Under the pieces are notes generated by a model that saw nothing but the letters and a program-made list of their open reading frames with translations, was not told where the DNA came from and searched no databases. A stretch of 64,000 bases of DNA from a virus: the IMG/VR virus record IMGVR_UViG_3300027690_000141. One strand, given 5' to 3'. Shown here one piece after another: positions 20,476 through 29,804 of the stretch. Made by a program: the position numbers and the translations under genes. Position 1 is the stretch's first letter; every line of letters begins with the position of its first letter.

Positions 20476-21216
20476 TTATGCTGATGCTACGTCGTCAAAT
20501 ATTTCTGCTGTTTCCTCTACGTTTGCCGGGCCTTCGCCGTTCAGCGTAATCGTCCTGCTCAACCGGTACCACTCACTGATTGCATCAAGCTCCGCAATCG
20601 TGAAAAGATCAGGGCTCAGGATATTCTCCTGCGCGTTCTCCTCGGTATTCCCCTGGTATTTCACCAGCTCGCAGGAAAACTTCTGCCAGTCCGTATTGCT
20701 GCTTGTGACTTCCACCCTTCGCACGTACCAGCCTGATCCTTCCTCGATCGTCGGCCCGGCAGTGCCATACACGGCCGGCGTGATCGTGATCGCGCTGCCA
20801 TACACGTCACCTCTGTTTCCCGTTCCCATGCCCACAGGAGGATCGCCTTTACCGTTGATAGTCAGCACCTTCCTCAGCCTGTGAAAAATCAGGCCATCCG
20901 TATACGTCAGCTTGTCACCCAGCTCCGGACTTTCACCCGGCTGCGTTGCCCTTCTGTGGGGCTCCGTAGCCTCCTCCTCTTCAGCCAGCGTCACCGTCTC
21001 GAGTGGAACCCCCAGCGAATTCTTTTCAGAATCGTCGGACTTTCCTATCCCGAACGTGCCCGCGCAAAAGCTGGGATTCGACCTTCTGAGCGTGTCCGTA
21101 TGCCTCAGATCAAAAATCTCAGTTGAAAAACCATCTCGGTATTCGAGCTCCTCAGTCGCATAACTGTGGCTCTCCTCCTCAATGGTACCCGCTGCTCCGA
21201 ATTTTGGGAAAACCAT
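20476..21216 (-). CDS. Putative tail tube/major tail protein (atypical)
   Basis: Acidic, beta-rich, GGAGG RBS; the only candidate between the terminator-like gene and the chaperones; TINGKGD..VEVTSSNTDWQKFSCELVKY. Confidence 0.45.
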   Translation of the reverse strand: MVFPKFGAAGTIEEESHSYATEELEYRDGFSTEIFDLRHTDTLRRSNPSFCAGTFGIGKSDDSEKNSLGVPLETVTLAEEEEATEPHRRATQPGESPELGDKLTYTDGLIFHRLRKVLTINGKGDPPVGMGTGNRGDVYGSAITITPAVYGTAGPTIEEGSGWYVRRVEVTSSNTDWQKFSCELVKYQGNTEENAQENILSPDLFTIAELDAISEWYRLSRTITLNGEGPANVEETAEIFDDVASA

Positions 21217-21234
21217 CTTTTTTCCCTCCTTTGC

Positions 21235-22932
21235 TTACTGTGAATTGATCTCCTGAATAACTCGCTCCATCAATTCAATCACCATCGAGACCGTTACCCG
21301 AGTTACGCAGTAGATCTCCGGTTTGCTGCAATCAACATGCTCTGCAGACGTTCTGTTTCTGCATCCCTTGCAATCCAGATCCTCAACCCAAATTGGAAAT
21401 TCATTTGCATCCGCAATACGCGACTTCGGGTCAACACAGCCATAAATGATACATGCCGGCGTTCCCACCGCTTTCGCCAGATTCGCGCACAAGGAATCAA
21501 TCCCCAAAAAAATCATGCTCTGATCAATCACTGCCGCTGTTTGCTTGACTGAACACCCCCGCACATCCCTACCGATCCCGGTACAGATAGTGTTTCTGTC
21601 TCCAAGCTCCAGGATATCGAACCCCTTTTTCGTGAAATGCTCAAATACCTCACGGAACCTATCAATCGGCCATTCCCTGCTTCTCCAGCTTCTGCCCGTG
21701 TGCACAGCTATCGAGAACGGATTCGAGGCTTGCATCCTCGCCCACAAAAGATCAGATTCACTCAGCACAATTTTCATTCTTCTGTCTTTCAACGCGACAC
21801 CGCACTGCTTCGCCATCACATCAATCGCATTGGCTGTTGGATCGCTCTCGTAGCGAGGGGCAAAGGCGAAATCGAATGATCCCCTACTACCAGAAGTAAA
21901 CTTTTCAAGCCGGTCTACATTCGGATTCCCCTCAAGCACATCCACACATTCAGTTTGCACGGTTATGAAGGACAAAGGATGCCGGGCTTTTAGCTCCCTC
22001 AGGATCGGTGTCAGCATAAGCACATCGCCTTTAGCTCCTCTTCGCTTCACCAGAATCTTCGGCTTTCTTGCACTCTCCTCAACCACCTTGCTTTTGTCAG
22101 CATCCTTTTTCGCCGTTTCTCCTAGCCACTTTTCGAACAGCAGTCGATCACTCTTAGCAGGTTGATCGCTGTACTCTTCCCTGAGCTGGCCTAACGACTT
22201 ATTGCCGAAGTGTCTCAGGGGCAGCCGAACCGCCTTGATTTTCAGCCCCATCTTTTTGACGCGGAACGACAGGTCCGCATCCTCGCTGTAAGCCGGATTA
22301 AACCTCATATCAAACCCGTTCAGTTCCTGAAACAACCTACGCCTACCAAAAAGACACCATCCTTCCAGATAACTCCACTGATCTGTTTCCCGCCCCTGCC
22401 CGACGTGTACAAAACGCCTATTTTGATAATCTGCCCGAACCTTCCCGCAACTTGCCCCCACCAATGCCGCGTTCTCGCTCGCCTTAATCAACATATCCAG
22501 CCAGTTCGCACCGAAAACCTTGCAGTCATTATTCAGCAGCAACACATACTCGCCTTCCGCAACCTTCAGGCCCTGGTTATTCCCAGCGGAAAAACCCCTA
22601 TTCACAGGATTTCTCACGATCACATGTTTCTCGCTGTCCAATGCCGAGAGCAAATACACAAATGTCCCGTCCGTCGACCCGTTATCCACTACCACAAACT
22701 GATACATCTCCCGCTTCGTCATTTCTTTGATCGACTCGATACAGGTCTTCGTATACTCAATATTGTTCCAGCAAAGAACAATTATGCTCACAAACACACT
22801 CGCGACGTCTTGCCCTGGAAGCTTCAGTTCCGTCTCAGGCATCACCAGATCATCCATTTCGGGCTCGTGGAACACCGTAACAATCGGTTCCATCGTCATC
22901 CTGTCATAATTTATTTCAGTGAGTATCTTCAC
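21235..22932 (-). CDS. Bifunctional glycosyltransferase GT2 + GT9 (heptosyltransferase-like)
   Basis: N-half VSIIVLCWN, VVVDNGSTDGT, GFSAGNNQG, LLNND, EDADLSFR; C-half GAKGDVLMLTPILRELK..HP, GIDS...LAKAVGTP. Confidence 0.9.
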   Translation of the reverse strand: MKILTEINYDRMTMEPIVTVFHEPEMDDLVMPETELKLPGQDVASVFVSIIVLCWNNIEYTKTCIESIKEMTKREMYQFVVVDNGSTDGTFVYLLSALDSEKHVIVRNPVNRGFSAGNNQGLKVAEGEYVLLLNNDCKVFGANWLDMLIKASENAALVGASCGKVRADYQNRRFVHVGQGRETDQWSYLEGWCLFGRRRLFQELNGFDMRFNPAYSEDADLSFRVKKMGLKIKAVRLPLRHFGNKSLGQLREEYSDQPAKSDRLLFEKWLGETAKKDADKSKVVEESARKPKILVKRRGAKGDVLMLTPILRELKARHPLSFITVQTECVDVLEGNPNVDRLEKFTSGSRGSFDFAFAPRYESDPTANAIDVMAKQCGVALKDRRMKIVLSESDLLWARMQASNPFSIAVHTGRSWRSREWPIDRFREVFEHFTKKGFDILELGDRNTICTGIGRDVRGCSVKQTAAVIDQSMIFLGIDSLCANLAKAVGTPACIIYGCVDPKSRIADANEFPIWVEDLDCKGCRNRTSAEHVDCSKPEIYCVTRVTVSMVIELMERVIQEINSQ

Positions 22933-23381
22933 GGCAGAATATCAGGCCTCCAAACATACAGATGATACGTCAAAAACATCACGGACACGTTATTAGTCCT
23001 CTCGTCGGGCCCCCTTCTGTTATCTCTCAACCTGGGACAAATCTTCGCCTCGCAAGGCACCGGATTCTGCGGATCACTGTAATCGTACAGCTCAATCTCG
23101 TTCACATTCATGGCAGCGATGACAAAATCCCTCATCTCCTTCAGCTTTCGCCTCATTCCGTCGTCAGCGATCTTCGACTTGCAGTCCAGCTGCAAAATCA
23201 GCGGTTCTCCCTGTCCGTGACCGTCATCTACCCAGTTCATCTCAACCCATTGGTTAATACTCGGATTCTCAGGCGCTCTTTCAGAAAAATAGACCTTGTA
23301 CGTCGCGCCCACCTGGTCGAACAAAAACTTGTTCGTCGATCTCTCGATATTGAATGGTAAACTGCAAGGCCCTGCACCCAT
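22929..23381 (-). CDS. Putative tail terminator/completion protein
   Basis: Synteny after the HK97 gp10-like gene; size and composition. Confidence 0.5.
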   Translation of the reverse strand: MGAGPCSLPFNIERSTNKFLFDQVGATYKVYFSERAPENPSINQWVEMNWVDDGHGQGEPLILQLDCKSKIADDGMRRKLKEMRDFVIAAMNVNEIELYDYSDPQNPVPCEAKICPRLRDNRRGPDERTNNVSVMFLTYHLYVWRPDILP

Positions 23382-23384
23382 ACC

Positions 23385-23855
23385 TTAATTCTCCAACTCG
23401 GCTGCTACGCTTCCCTGCAAATCATTGAGCTTCTTCTCCAGTCCTGCCTGCGTCCTTCTTATCATTCCCACAGGCTTTATCCCGGAAACGACATGCCCTG
23501 CGCTGAAACAGTCTTCTCCCGTCACTGGATCCACCCAATGAAGCACCTCTGCGAACACAGGGAATATCCAATGATCCCTGGTCCCATACTCGAGATAACC
23601 CACAACCTCATCATCACTCAACACGCTCCACGCCAGTTCGCTGAACAGCACATAATGGTCGAACTTTAACGTCCAAGAATCAGCAACCCGGTCTCCTTCC
23701 TTGGATTTCCCACTCTTCGGAGTTAAATCGATCAGGTTCTGAAACGTCCAGTAAGCCAGGTCCACCATCTCACCAAAAGCACGCTGTAGCGCTTTTTGAG
23801 CTTTCGCGCCCTCGGCTATCAACGGCTTCAAATCTATTTCAACGCCAACCTGCAT
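23385..23855 (-). CDS. Tail completion protein (HK97 gp10-like)
   Basis: LTP..G...SW...YLEYGTRDHWI.P...L.W...VSGIKPVGM pattern. Confidence 0.7.
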   Translation of the reverse strand: MQVGVEIDLKPLIAEGAKAQKALQRAFGEMVDLAYWTFQNLIDLTPKSGKSKEGDRVADSWTLKFDHYVLFSELAWSVLSDDEVVGYLEYGTRDHWIFPVFAEVLHWVDPVTGEDCFSAGHVVSGIKPVGMIRRTQAGLEKKLNDLQGSVAAELEN

Positions 23856-23856
23856 A

Positions 23857-24240
23857 TCACACCTTGCCCGCCCTCACGACGCAGCGGCCGCTCGACGCCT
23901 TGTAATTCACCTGAATCGGCTCGTACTTGTTGTTCTGGTAGCTTATGAAATCCGACAAATACACCTCATGATCGTACAGCACGAAAACCATGTCAGCCTC
24001 TTCATACTCTATCATCCCGCGAACCGACTTCCGTTTTCGCGCCCTCGGAAACACCGCTGCATCGATACCGGAAAGCCCGGGTACCAGCGTAGCCGAACCT
24101 TCCAGCACCAGATAATCACTGGAGCCCGTCACATCGTATCGCAGAATATCGATGCTCGGACTCCCCTGCAGCACGCGAAAATCCTCCCAGCCTCGCCGCA
24201 GATCAGCATCGATCATCACCCTGTCGTCAGTCGTCAACAT
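23857..24240 (-). CDS. Putative head closure/neck protein
   Basis: Synteny after the neck gene; beta-rich 127 aa. Confidence 0.5.
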   Translation of the reverse strand: MLTTDDRVMIDADLRRGWEDFRVLQGSPSIDILRYDVTGSSDYLVLEGSATLVPGLSGIDAAVFPRARKRKSVRGMIEYEEADMVFVLYDHEVYLSDFISYQNNKYEPIQVNYKASSGRCVVRAGKV

Positions 24241-24243
24241 TCT

Positions 24244-24939
24244 TTAACCCGCACGGAACACCCCCAGGTGCCCCCCCAGTTTCTTGCGGAACTCTTTCTT
24301 CTTGTCTTCAGCCACTTTCCGCGCACCATCGGCATCGTAATTTATGCTGGCACCTTCCATCGATACACTCGATATCCGAGTCCTCTTTGAAGCCAAAATA
24401 CCTTCAGCCTCTCCTTCCGCCCACAAAAGCAGCACGTCTTCGTCCCGGGCCGGAATTTCGCTCAACGGCTTCTCACATGCCGCTATAACCCCCACCTTCT
24501 TCCCTGAGACAGTCGGCGCGGGAATAAGCCGCAGGGTGCCGTCGAAAAAATCCCAGTCCCCGCCAAAATGCTGTTTGAACGCCTCAAACTTCTGCTGGAT
24601 CTGAACTACGATGGATGGGTTATGGAAAACATTAATCCCGCTCAGGCTGACCTCTCCGTACTCGGGCAGAGCATACAGATCCGTATCGGAATAACTGCCA
24701 ATCGGATCCCAGCAGCAGTCAAACACCTCGATCACGCTGGAACCTATCTTCTCCAACAACGACACTTCAGCAACGTCTTTTTCCGTATCGAAGCTCGCAT
24801 AAACCTTTTTAGGCTTATACTTCGAATACTCCCACACCGCACTGTCAATCGCGCTGCCCAGCGTATTGCTGTCTATCTCCGACTCTGAAGGAGATCCGAT
24901 CTTACCCCTTAATTTCTGTATCAGATCTTCCTTGTTCAT
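24244..24939 (-). CDS. Neck/head-tail adaptor, T4 gp13-like
   Basis: N-terminus LRGKIGSP..SEI...LGSAIDSAVWEYSKYKP resembles the T4 gp13 N-terminus; DGTLRLIPAP; follows the capsid cluster. Confidence 0.6.
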   Translation of the reverse strand: MNKEDLIQKLRGKIGSPSESEIDSNTLGSAIDSAVWEYSKYKPKKVYASFDTEKDVAEVSLLEKIGSSVIEVFDCCWDPIGSYSDTDLYALPEYGEVSLSGINVFHNPSIVVQIQQKFEAFKQHFGGDWDFFDGTLRLIPAPTVSGKKVGVIAACEKPLSEIPARDEDVLLLWAEGEAEGILASKRTRISSVSMEGASINYDADGARKVAEDKKKEFRKKLGGHLGVFRAG

Positions 24940-25153
24940 CTAGCTTCGTCTCCTTTTCATCTTCGTCATTGCCCTGCTCAATCCCGTCCACCGCCTCCAG
25001 GGGCCCTCCCTTTCCCGCGTAAACTCTGAAATGCTCTCCCTTGATCGTTTTACCTGCCGGCACAAGAATCGGGCTGAAGCTCTCGTCATAAACGACCTGA
25101 TCGATTCTCGTTTTGTTCCTAAACGTGGGTTTCGCTACTTTTGCCTTCACCAT
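24902..25153 (-). CDS. Small protein sharing an NKT..QV.YD module with the GT9 N-terminus
   Basis: MVKAKVAKPTFRNKTRIDQVVYDESFSPILVPAG; GAGGAG RBS. Confidence 0.6.
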   Translation of the reverse strand: MVKAKVAKPTFRNKTRIDQVVYDESFSPILVPAGKTIKGEHFRVYAGKGGPLEAVDGIEQGNDEDEKETKLDEQGRSDTEIKG

Positions 25154-25157
25154 CTCC

Positions 25158-25628
25158 TCATTCTCCTTTCTTTCTTCCAACAATCAAAAAACTGTATCGG
25201 TCTTTCCCTTCAACATCCATGCGGCTTTCCACGACCTCTATATCACCCAGCTCAACAAGCCAGTCCGTCACCATTTCCATCGTCAATTCATGAAGATGCT
25301 CAGGGTTCGGCTCTTTGTAATAGTCCTTGTGCGGCAAGTACAAAATCATGTACCCACCCGCCTTGAGAATCCTTTTCCACTCTCGCAGGCACTTCTTCGG
25401 GTCGGCCACATGCTCAAGAAAATGGCTTGAATAGACATAGTCAAACGTTTTATCCAGCGCCCACTTCAGCGGTCCGCACGCATCCCCCACGACGCTAACC
25501 CCCGGCAGATTTCTTAAATCTACTCCAATGGCTTCGGCCTTTATTTTGTCATCGCCACAACCAAAATCCACACCCAGCCCGCTGCAATACCGCAGCACTT
25601 TTTCTCTGATTTTCGAACTCTCACTCAT
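25158..25628 (-). CDS. Class I SAM-dependent methyltransferase (type 11-like)
   Basis: GVDFGCG motif I, FDYVYSSHFLEH, EWKRILKAGG. Confidence 0.9.
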   Translation of the reverse strand: MSESSKIREKVLRYCSGLGVDFGCGDDKIKAEAIGVDLRNLPGVSVVGDACGPLKWALDKTFDYVYSSHFLEHVADPKKCLREWKRILKAGGYMILYLPHKDYYKEPNPEHLHELTMEMVTDWLVELGDIEVVESRMDVEGKDRYSFLIVGRKKGE

Positions 25629-25643
25629 GTTGGATCTCTCATT

Positions 25644-26351
25644 CTAGGCCGATTCCGCTGTTGAACGCTTTAAAGCTTTTTCAAAAATCACCAATTCTTT
25701 TCCCCAACTCCTGTAATCAGGAATGATAAAATCATAAATTTGTCTCTCCTGTTCCTCACGCAGATCCAAATCAAGAAAAGCCGCCAAGCGACGGGCTTCA
25801 CCAACCGGGTCTCTTCGGATCCCTTCATAACTCACATTGATTTGCGGCACTTCCAAATGATTTCCCATCAGCCGCCCTAACACAGCCACCTGCTCACCGA
25901 TTTCAACCAGCTCCCTGCCCAATGAAGATTCCAAGCTGTACACCACTTTCTTGTGTGTCAGGAGAGACAGGGCATTCTCCAGCGGGTCTCTGAAGACAAA
26001 AACCAGATAAGGATGACGAATATGCGGCAAGAAAAGATCCAAAGAAAAATGCGTCAAAGCACTCTTCCAGCCAAATAGCTTCTGTCCCGCCCCATGTTTT
26101 TCCAGAAGACGCTTGATTTCATCGGTATACGTCTCCTTCAGCTCACCATCCGGCCTTCCGTCAGCTCGTATCTTCGTGGTGAGAGCGATGAATTCCCGGT
26201 TTTCAAAACTCCCTCCGGGATTCTGTGTCGAAGGATTCCTTTCCGGACACATATCGACGCCCATAAGATGGAGCATGCCGGCAGCCATGGACGTTCCACT
26301 TCGGGCAATTCCCAGAACAATCACCGTCTTCTTTTCATCGCTGGAATTCAC
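25644..26351 (-). CDS. Sulfotransferase family protein
   Basis: VIVLGIARSGTS (5'-PSB loop), WK, FVFRDP (3'-PB), VSYE..RRDP. Confidence 0.85.
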   Translation of the reverse strand: MNSSDEKKTVIVLGIARSGTSMAAGMLHLMGVDMCPERNPSTQNPGGSFENREFIALTTKIRADGRPDGELKETYTDEIKRLLEKHGAGQKLFGWKSALTHFSLDLFLPHIRHPYLVFVFRDPLENALSLLTHKKVVYSLESSLGRELVEIGEQVAVLGRLMGNHLEVPQINVSYEGIRRDPVGEARRLAAFLDLDLREEQERQIYDFIIPDYRSWGKELVIFEKALKRSTAESA

Positions 26352-27367
26352 AAGCTCTCCATTATCCTCTCATAAACAACGCCTTCATCGGCTTTTTGAA
26401 GACAATGCCAACCCCTCCCGCACCGATCTCCATCCTCCCAACACGGCCTGCAACCATGAAGTGTAGCCAAATCAACCACCCTGCAGTGTGGATACCTCAC
26501 CCTGTTCTCCGAAGGAATACACGCAAAAAACGCCACGTTTTTCTTGCCCAACGATCCTGCCATATGCGTCAGTCCGGAATCCGTGCTGACGACAAGCTCG
26601 CACATATCCAACACCGCTGCCAATTCCAACAAACCGGTAGCCCCACACAGGTTGATTACGTTGGATCCCGTCCACCCAACAGACGGATCACCGTCAATCA
26701 AGGCAACCTGCACTCTCTCGCTCAGTTTTTCGATGATTCTCTTTGCTTTAGACAGGGGGAAACTGCGCTGGGCGCTGGCGCCTCGGAGCTGAAAAGCAAC
26801 AAGGGGGCCTCCGGTGTATCCCTTCGAAACAAGGATCTGTTCGGCCATCCTCTTCTCCTTCTCCGAGTAAGCCAGGGCATACCTGTACTCGGTCAGCTCA
26901 AGGCCAAGGAGACGGGCATAGATAGCAGACCGGTGATACTGCTTTCCCCAGCCCGCTCTTTCGGCCCGTTCGAGCGCCAGGTTGAAATCGTAACCGAAAT
27001 CGTAATCCTGGTACTCTACAAGCTTGATTTTAACCGTTTCGATAAGATCAAAATAACGAAACAACGGCTCGTAATGCGGAACCGTCGCAAAAAGCAAACG
27101 GCACAAAGGAAAAAGCTCCTTTATGCGATAGAACATCGGCGTCATTAGAAGAATGTCGCCGACGCTTGAGGTCCGGACCAGGCAAAGGCTGGCTTCCGGA
27201 TTCCGTTGCAAAATCTTGACAACCGACTCGGCAGGCGTGAAGTTCGGAACCGATCTCACGCCTGCCAGATCAATATCGTTTATTGCGAACTGCGGTTTCA
27301 CATAGACAGGCTCCAACTGGCCGTCATAAAAAACCTGAACCAAGCCTGTCTTGTTCTGCCATAACAC
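26348..27367 (-). CDS. Glycosyltransferase family 9 (heptosyltransferase-like)
   Basis: RTSSVGDILLMTP..IKELFP, RSFP, LLELAAVL..VVSTDSGLTHMAGSLGK, C-terminal CRPC..C..C. Confidence 0.9.
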   Translation of the reverse strand: MLWQNKTGLVQVFYDGQLEPVYVKPQFAINDIDLAGVRSVPNFTPAESVVKILQRNPEASLCLVRTSSVGDILLMTPMFYRIKELFPLCRLLFATVPHYEPLFRYFDLIETVKIKLVEYQDYDFGYDFNLALERAERAGWGKQYHRSAIYARLLGLELTEYRYALAYSEKEKRMAEQILVSKGYTGGPLVAFQLRGASAQRSFPLSKAKRIIEKLSERVQVALIDGDPSVGWTGSNVINLCGATGLLELAAVLDMCELVVSTDSGLTHMAGSLGKKNVAFFACIPSENRVRYPHCRVVDLATLHGCRPCWEDGDRCGRGWHCLQKADEGVVYERIMESL

Positions 27368-27378
27368 CGCATGCCTGA

Positions 27379-28527
27379 TCAGCTGGCTACCAGGGTCACG
27401 GTGGCGAAGTAATTCCCGCCCACCATCTTTTTGGCAAACCGGGTCATGACGCCACGACGCGGCGTGAAATCATCCGGGTCCATAATCAGCGGCGTGGTGT
27501 ACAGAGGGATATAGGGCGCATACACGTATCCGGTCTCGATCCAGCTCGTCCCTTTATAACCCATCAGGATCTTGTTCGGCGTGAACCACGGATGCTTGTA
27601 CACCTTGTACTTCTGCGCCAGGGTCCCGAAACGGATCACCCCGATATTCTCTGTTGCTGCGTCTGCGCCTTCGAACAGCTTGAATTTCTCCAGCTTCTCC
27701 AGCCTCGCGCAAACATCCGCATCGGCTACGATCCAGGCCGCATTTCGGTACACCTTCTTGAAAATCAGGTTATTTGCGTCCGTGATCGCATCGTACAGGG
27801 TCTCCTTGTACACCTTCGGATCCAGCGTGGAATACGGACCGCTCGCCGGCACGGTATACACCCAATTCACGTTGCCGGCAGTGGCACCCGCCAGAATATC
27901 CGCAAGGATCTCCGCATCGATCTCTCGGATGATCTCATTGGACGTGACACCCATCAAAAGCGTTTCGGCATCCTCACCGTGATAAGCCTTCAGATCTTGC
28001 TGTGTTTCTATCTGCCACTTCGCCTTCAGCGCTTTTTCCTTCGCCGACACCGATTCACTGGCGATCCTAAACGTCATTTCTGCCACAGCACCGCCCGGCG
28101 ATCGATCTCCATAAGCTGCATCATCACTGAGATCCACCCGATCACCTGAAGATCCGGGACTCGCGGAACGATAGAAATCTAGATAGAAAACCTTTCCATC
28201 CGGCACGTTCATCGGCTGCATCGAAACCAGCTCGTTCACAATCAGCTTCGGAAAAACCCGCCTGACCATCGGGAAAATATACGGAGCAGCTGCCGCAACA
28301 TCCGTGTACGCAGTCGTTTCCAGATGCCACTTCAGGTTGTCCAGCAAAATCTCCGTCACGATGCGCCGATGCAACGCAGCTTCGGGGCTTTCATGCTTTC
28401 CGTACTGGTCAACGATCCCCAGAGTTTTTCCTTCCACGCCTTCGGTCAGATAACTCCATCGCTTTTTGCGCTCCTCCACTTCCGCAAACGGATTTGCATC
28501 CGGCAATAGTAGACTTTTGACTTCCAT
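27379..28527 (-). CDS. Major capsid protein, T4 gp23-like
   Basis: PMVRRVFP.LI.NELVSMQPM..PDG.VFYLDF; LKAKWQIETQQDLKAYHG.DAE; EIIREID.EI; GYKG....GYVYAPYIPL; DFTP..GVMTRF. Start refined by the AGGAGGG RBS. Confidence 0.95.
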   Translation of the reverse strand: MEVKSLLLPDANPFAEVEERKKRWSYLTEGVEGKTLGIVDQYGKHESPEAALHRRIVTEILLDNLKWHLETTAYTDVAAAAPYIFPMVRRVFPKLIVNELVSMQPMNVPDGKVFYLDFYRSASPGSSGDRVDLSDDAAYGDRSPGGAVAEMTFRIASESVSAKEKALKAKWQIETQQDLKAYHGEDAETLLMGVTSNEIIREIDAEILADILAGATAGNVNWVYTVPASGPYSTLDPKVYKETLYDAITDANNLIFKKVYRNAAWIVADADVCARLEKLEKFKLFEGADAATENIGVIRFGTLAQKYKVYKHPWFTPNKILMGYKGTSWIETGYVYAPYIPLYTTPLIMDPDDFTPRRGVMTRFAKKMVGGNYFATVTLVAS

Positions 28528-28571
28528 TTCAGGACCCTCCTTTCGTCTCGTCTCTTCCACAGAGTCCAGAT

Positions 28572-29804
28572 CTAAACAGCAATGCCCGCTAGACGTTGCT
28601 GCTTTCGTTTCAGCTTTTCGTCCTCAGTCAGCTGCTTCTTTTTCTTGTCAGCATCATCCTGATCATCCACGTGTCCGGTCCCACTGGGCGTCTCTTTCAG
28701 CTGGACGATCTTATTGACGTAACTCTTCTCTTCCTCGATCCGTTGATCCACTTCCTCTTTGGTCTTGCAGCTGCCAAGCCTTTCCTTCAACACAGCTTTG
28801 AAAGGCTCGTTTTTCAGGACTTCTTCCAGGTGCTCTTTGACTTCCTGCCGGTCGATCTTTTCAGTCGCCTTTCCCAGATCTTCTCTGAGCTTATTCCGCT
28901 CTTTTTCGACCGCATCAAGCCGTGCTTCGAGCTTGGAAACCTGCTCGTCCTTTTGAGGAGGTCCATCCTGACTCTCGCCAATGAAATCCTTCACGATATC
29001 AGCGATTTCGCCCAGCATGCTCTCGAATTCCTCGTACTTCGGGACCAGGTTCTCTTTCACTTCCGCAGTCACCTCTTTCACGATATCGTCCCGGTTCTTC
29101 GCAATTTCATCCAGGATCTTGTTCTCGAACTCGTTGGTCAGCTTGTCCGTCACCTCTTTTGTGACCTCTTTCCTGACACGCTCTTCCGTTTCCTTGACAA
29201 TCGCCTCAACAAGATCAGGATGATCTTTCTTGAATTTTTCAAGGTCCATGTCGCTACCTCCTTGTTTACTCTCTTGAAAATAATTGATCTCCGCATCAAG
29301 ATTGCTATGCCCAGCAACCGCGTCTATCGCGACAAGCTCGAAGTCTTTCTGAACAATCTCCCCTTCCTGCCCGTCGACTTTCTGCCTCTTCGTACTCCCA
29401 AATCCCCGCGTGCTGATATCCACAGAAGCACCACCTCTCAACACAGCCTTCAGATCTTTGCCTGCATGGGTTTCGAGGACGTCAGCTTCGAACTTGAAAA
29501 GGTCTCCTTCTGTAAACAGCTTCGTGTACTTTATAGCCGTCCTGGACAGCCTGCTTTTGCCATCATCCGGGTGATCCAGCTCTCCAAGAAACTTGCCCGC
29601 TTCAACCAGAGGCATCAGGCGCTTCGCCTCTGTTTCCCACAAGCCAGTCGAGTAATAGCGCCCATTTTTGTTGAAAACATTTCCCTTGGAAGCCACACCG
29701 CCGATCTTCATCGGCTTGACCACTTTGCCGGCCTCAACAACTTCCTCCTCGAGAATGATGCTCTTCCCTTCGAAGATTTCTTTCAGCTCTACCCGGGCCG
29801 ACAT
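28572..29804 (-). CDS. Prohead protease (T4 gp21-like) fused to an acidic coiled-coil scaffold
   Basis: NKNGRYYS, GELDHP (His), ISTRGFGS (Ser), DFELVAIDAV; Glu/Lys-rich C-terminal half. Confidence 0.9.
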   Translation of the reverse strand: MSARVELKEIFEGKSIILEEEVVEAGKVVKPMKIGGVASKGNVFNKNGRYYSTGLWETEAKRLMPLVEAGKFLGELDHPDDGKSRLSRTAIKYTKLFTEGDLFKFEADVLETHAGKDLKAVLRGGASVDISTRGFGSTKRQKVDGQEGEIVQKDFELVAIDAVAGHSNLDAEINYFQESKQGGSDMDLEKFKKDHPDLVEAIVKETEERVRKEVTKEVTDKLTNEFENKILDEIAKNRDDIVKEVTAEVKENLVPKYEEFESMLGEIADIVKDFIGESQDGPPQKDEQVSKLEARLDAVEKERNKLREDLGKATEKIDRQEVKEHLEEVLKNEPFKAVLKERLGSCKTKEEVDQRIEEEKSYVNKIVQLKETPSGTGHVDDQDDADKKKKQLTEDEKLKRKQQRLAGIAV

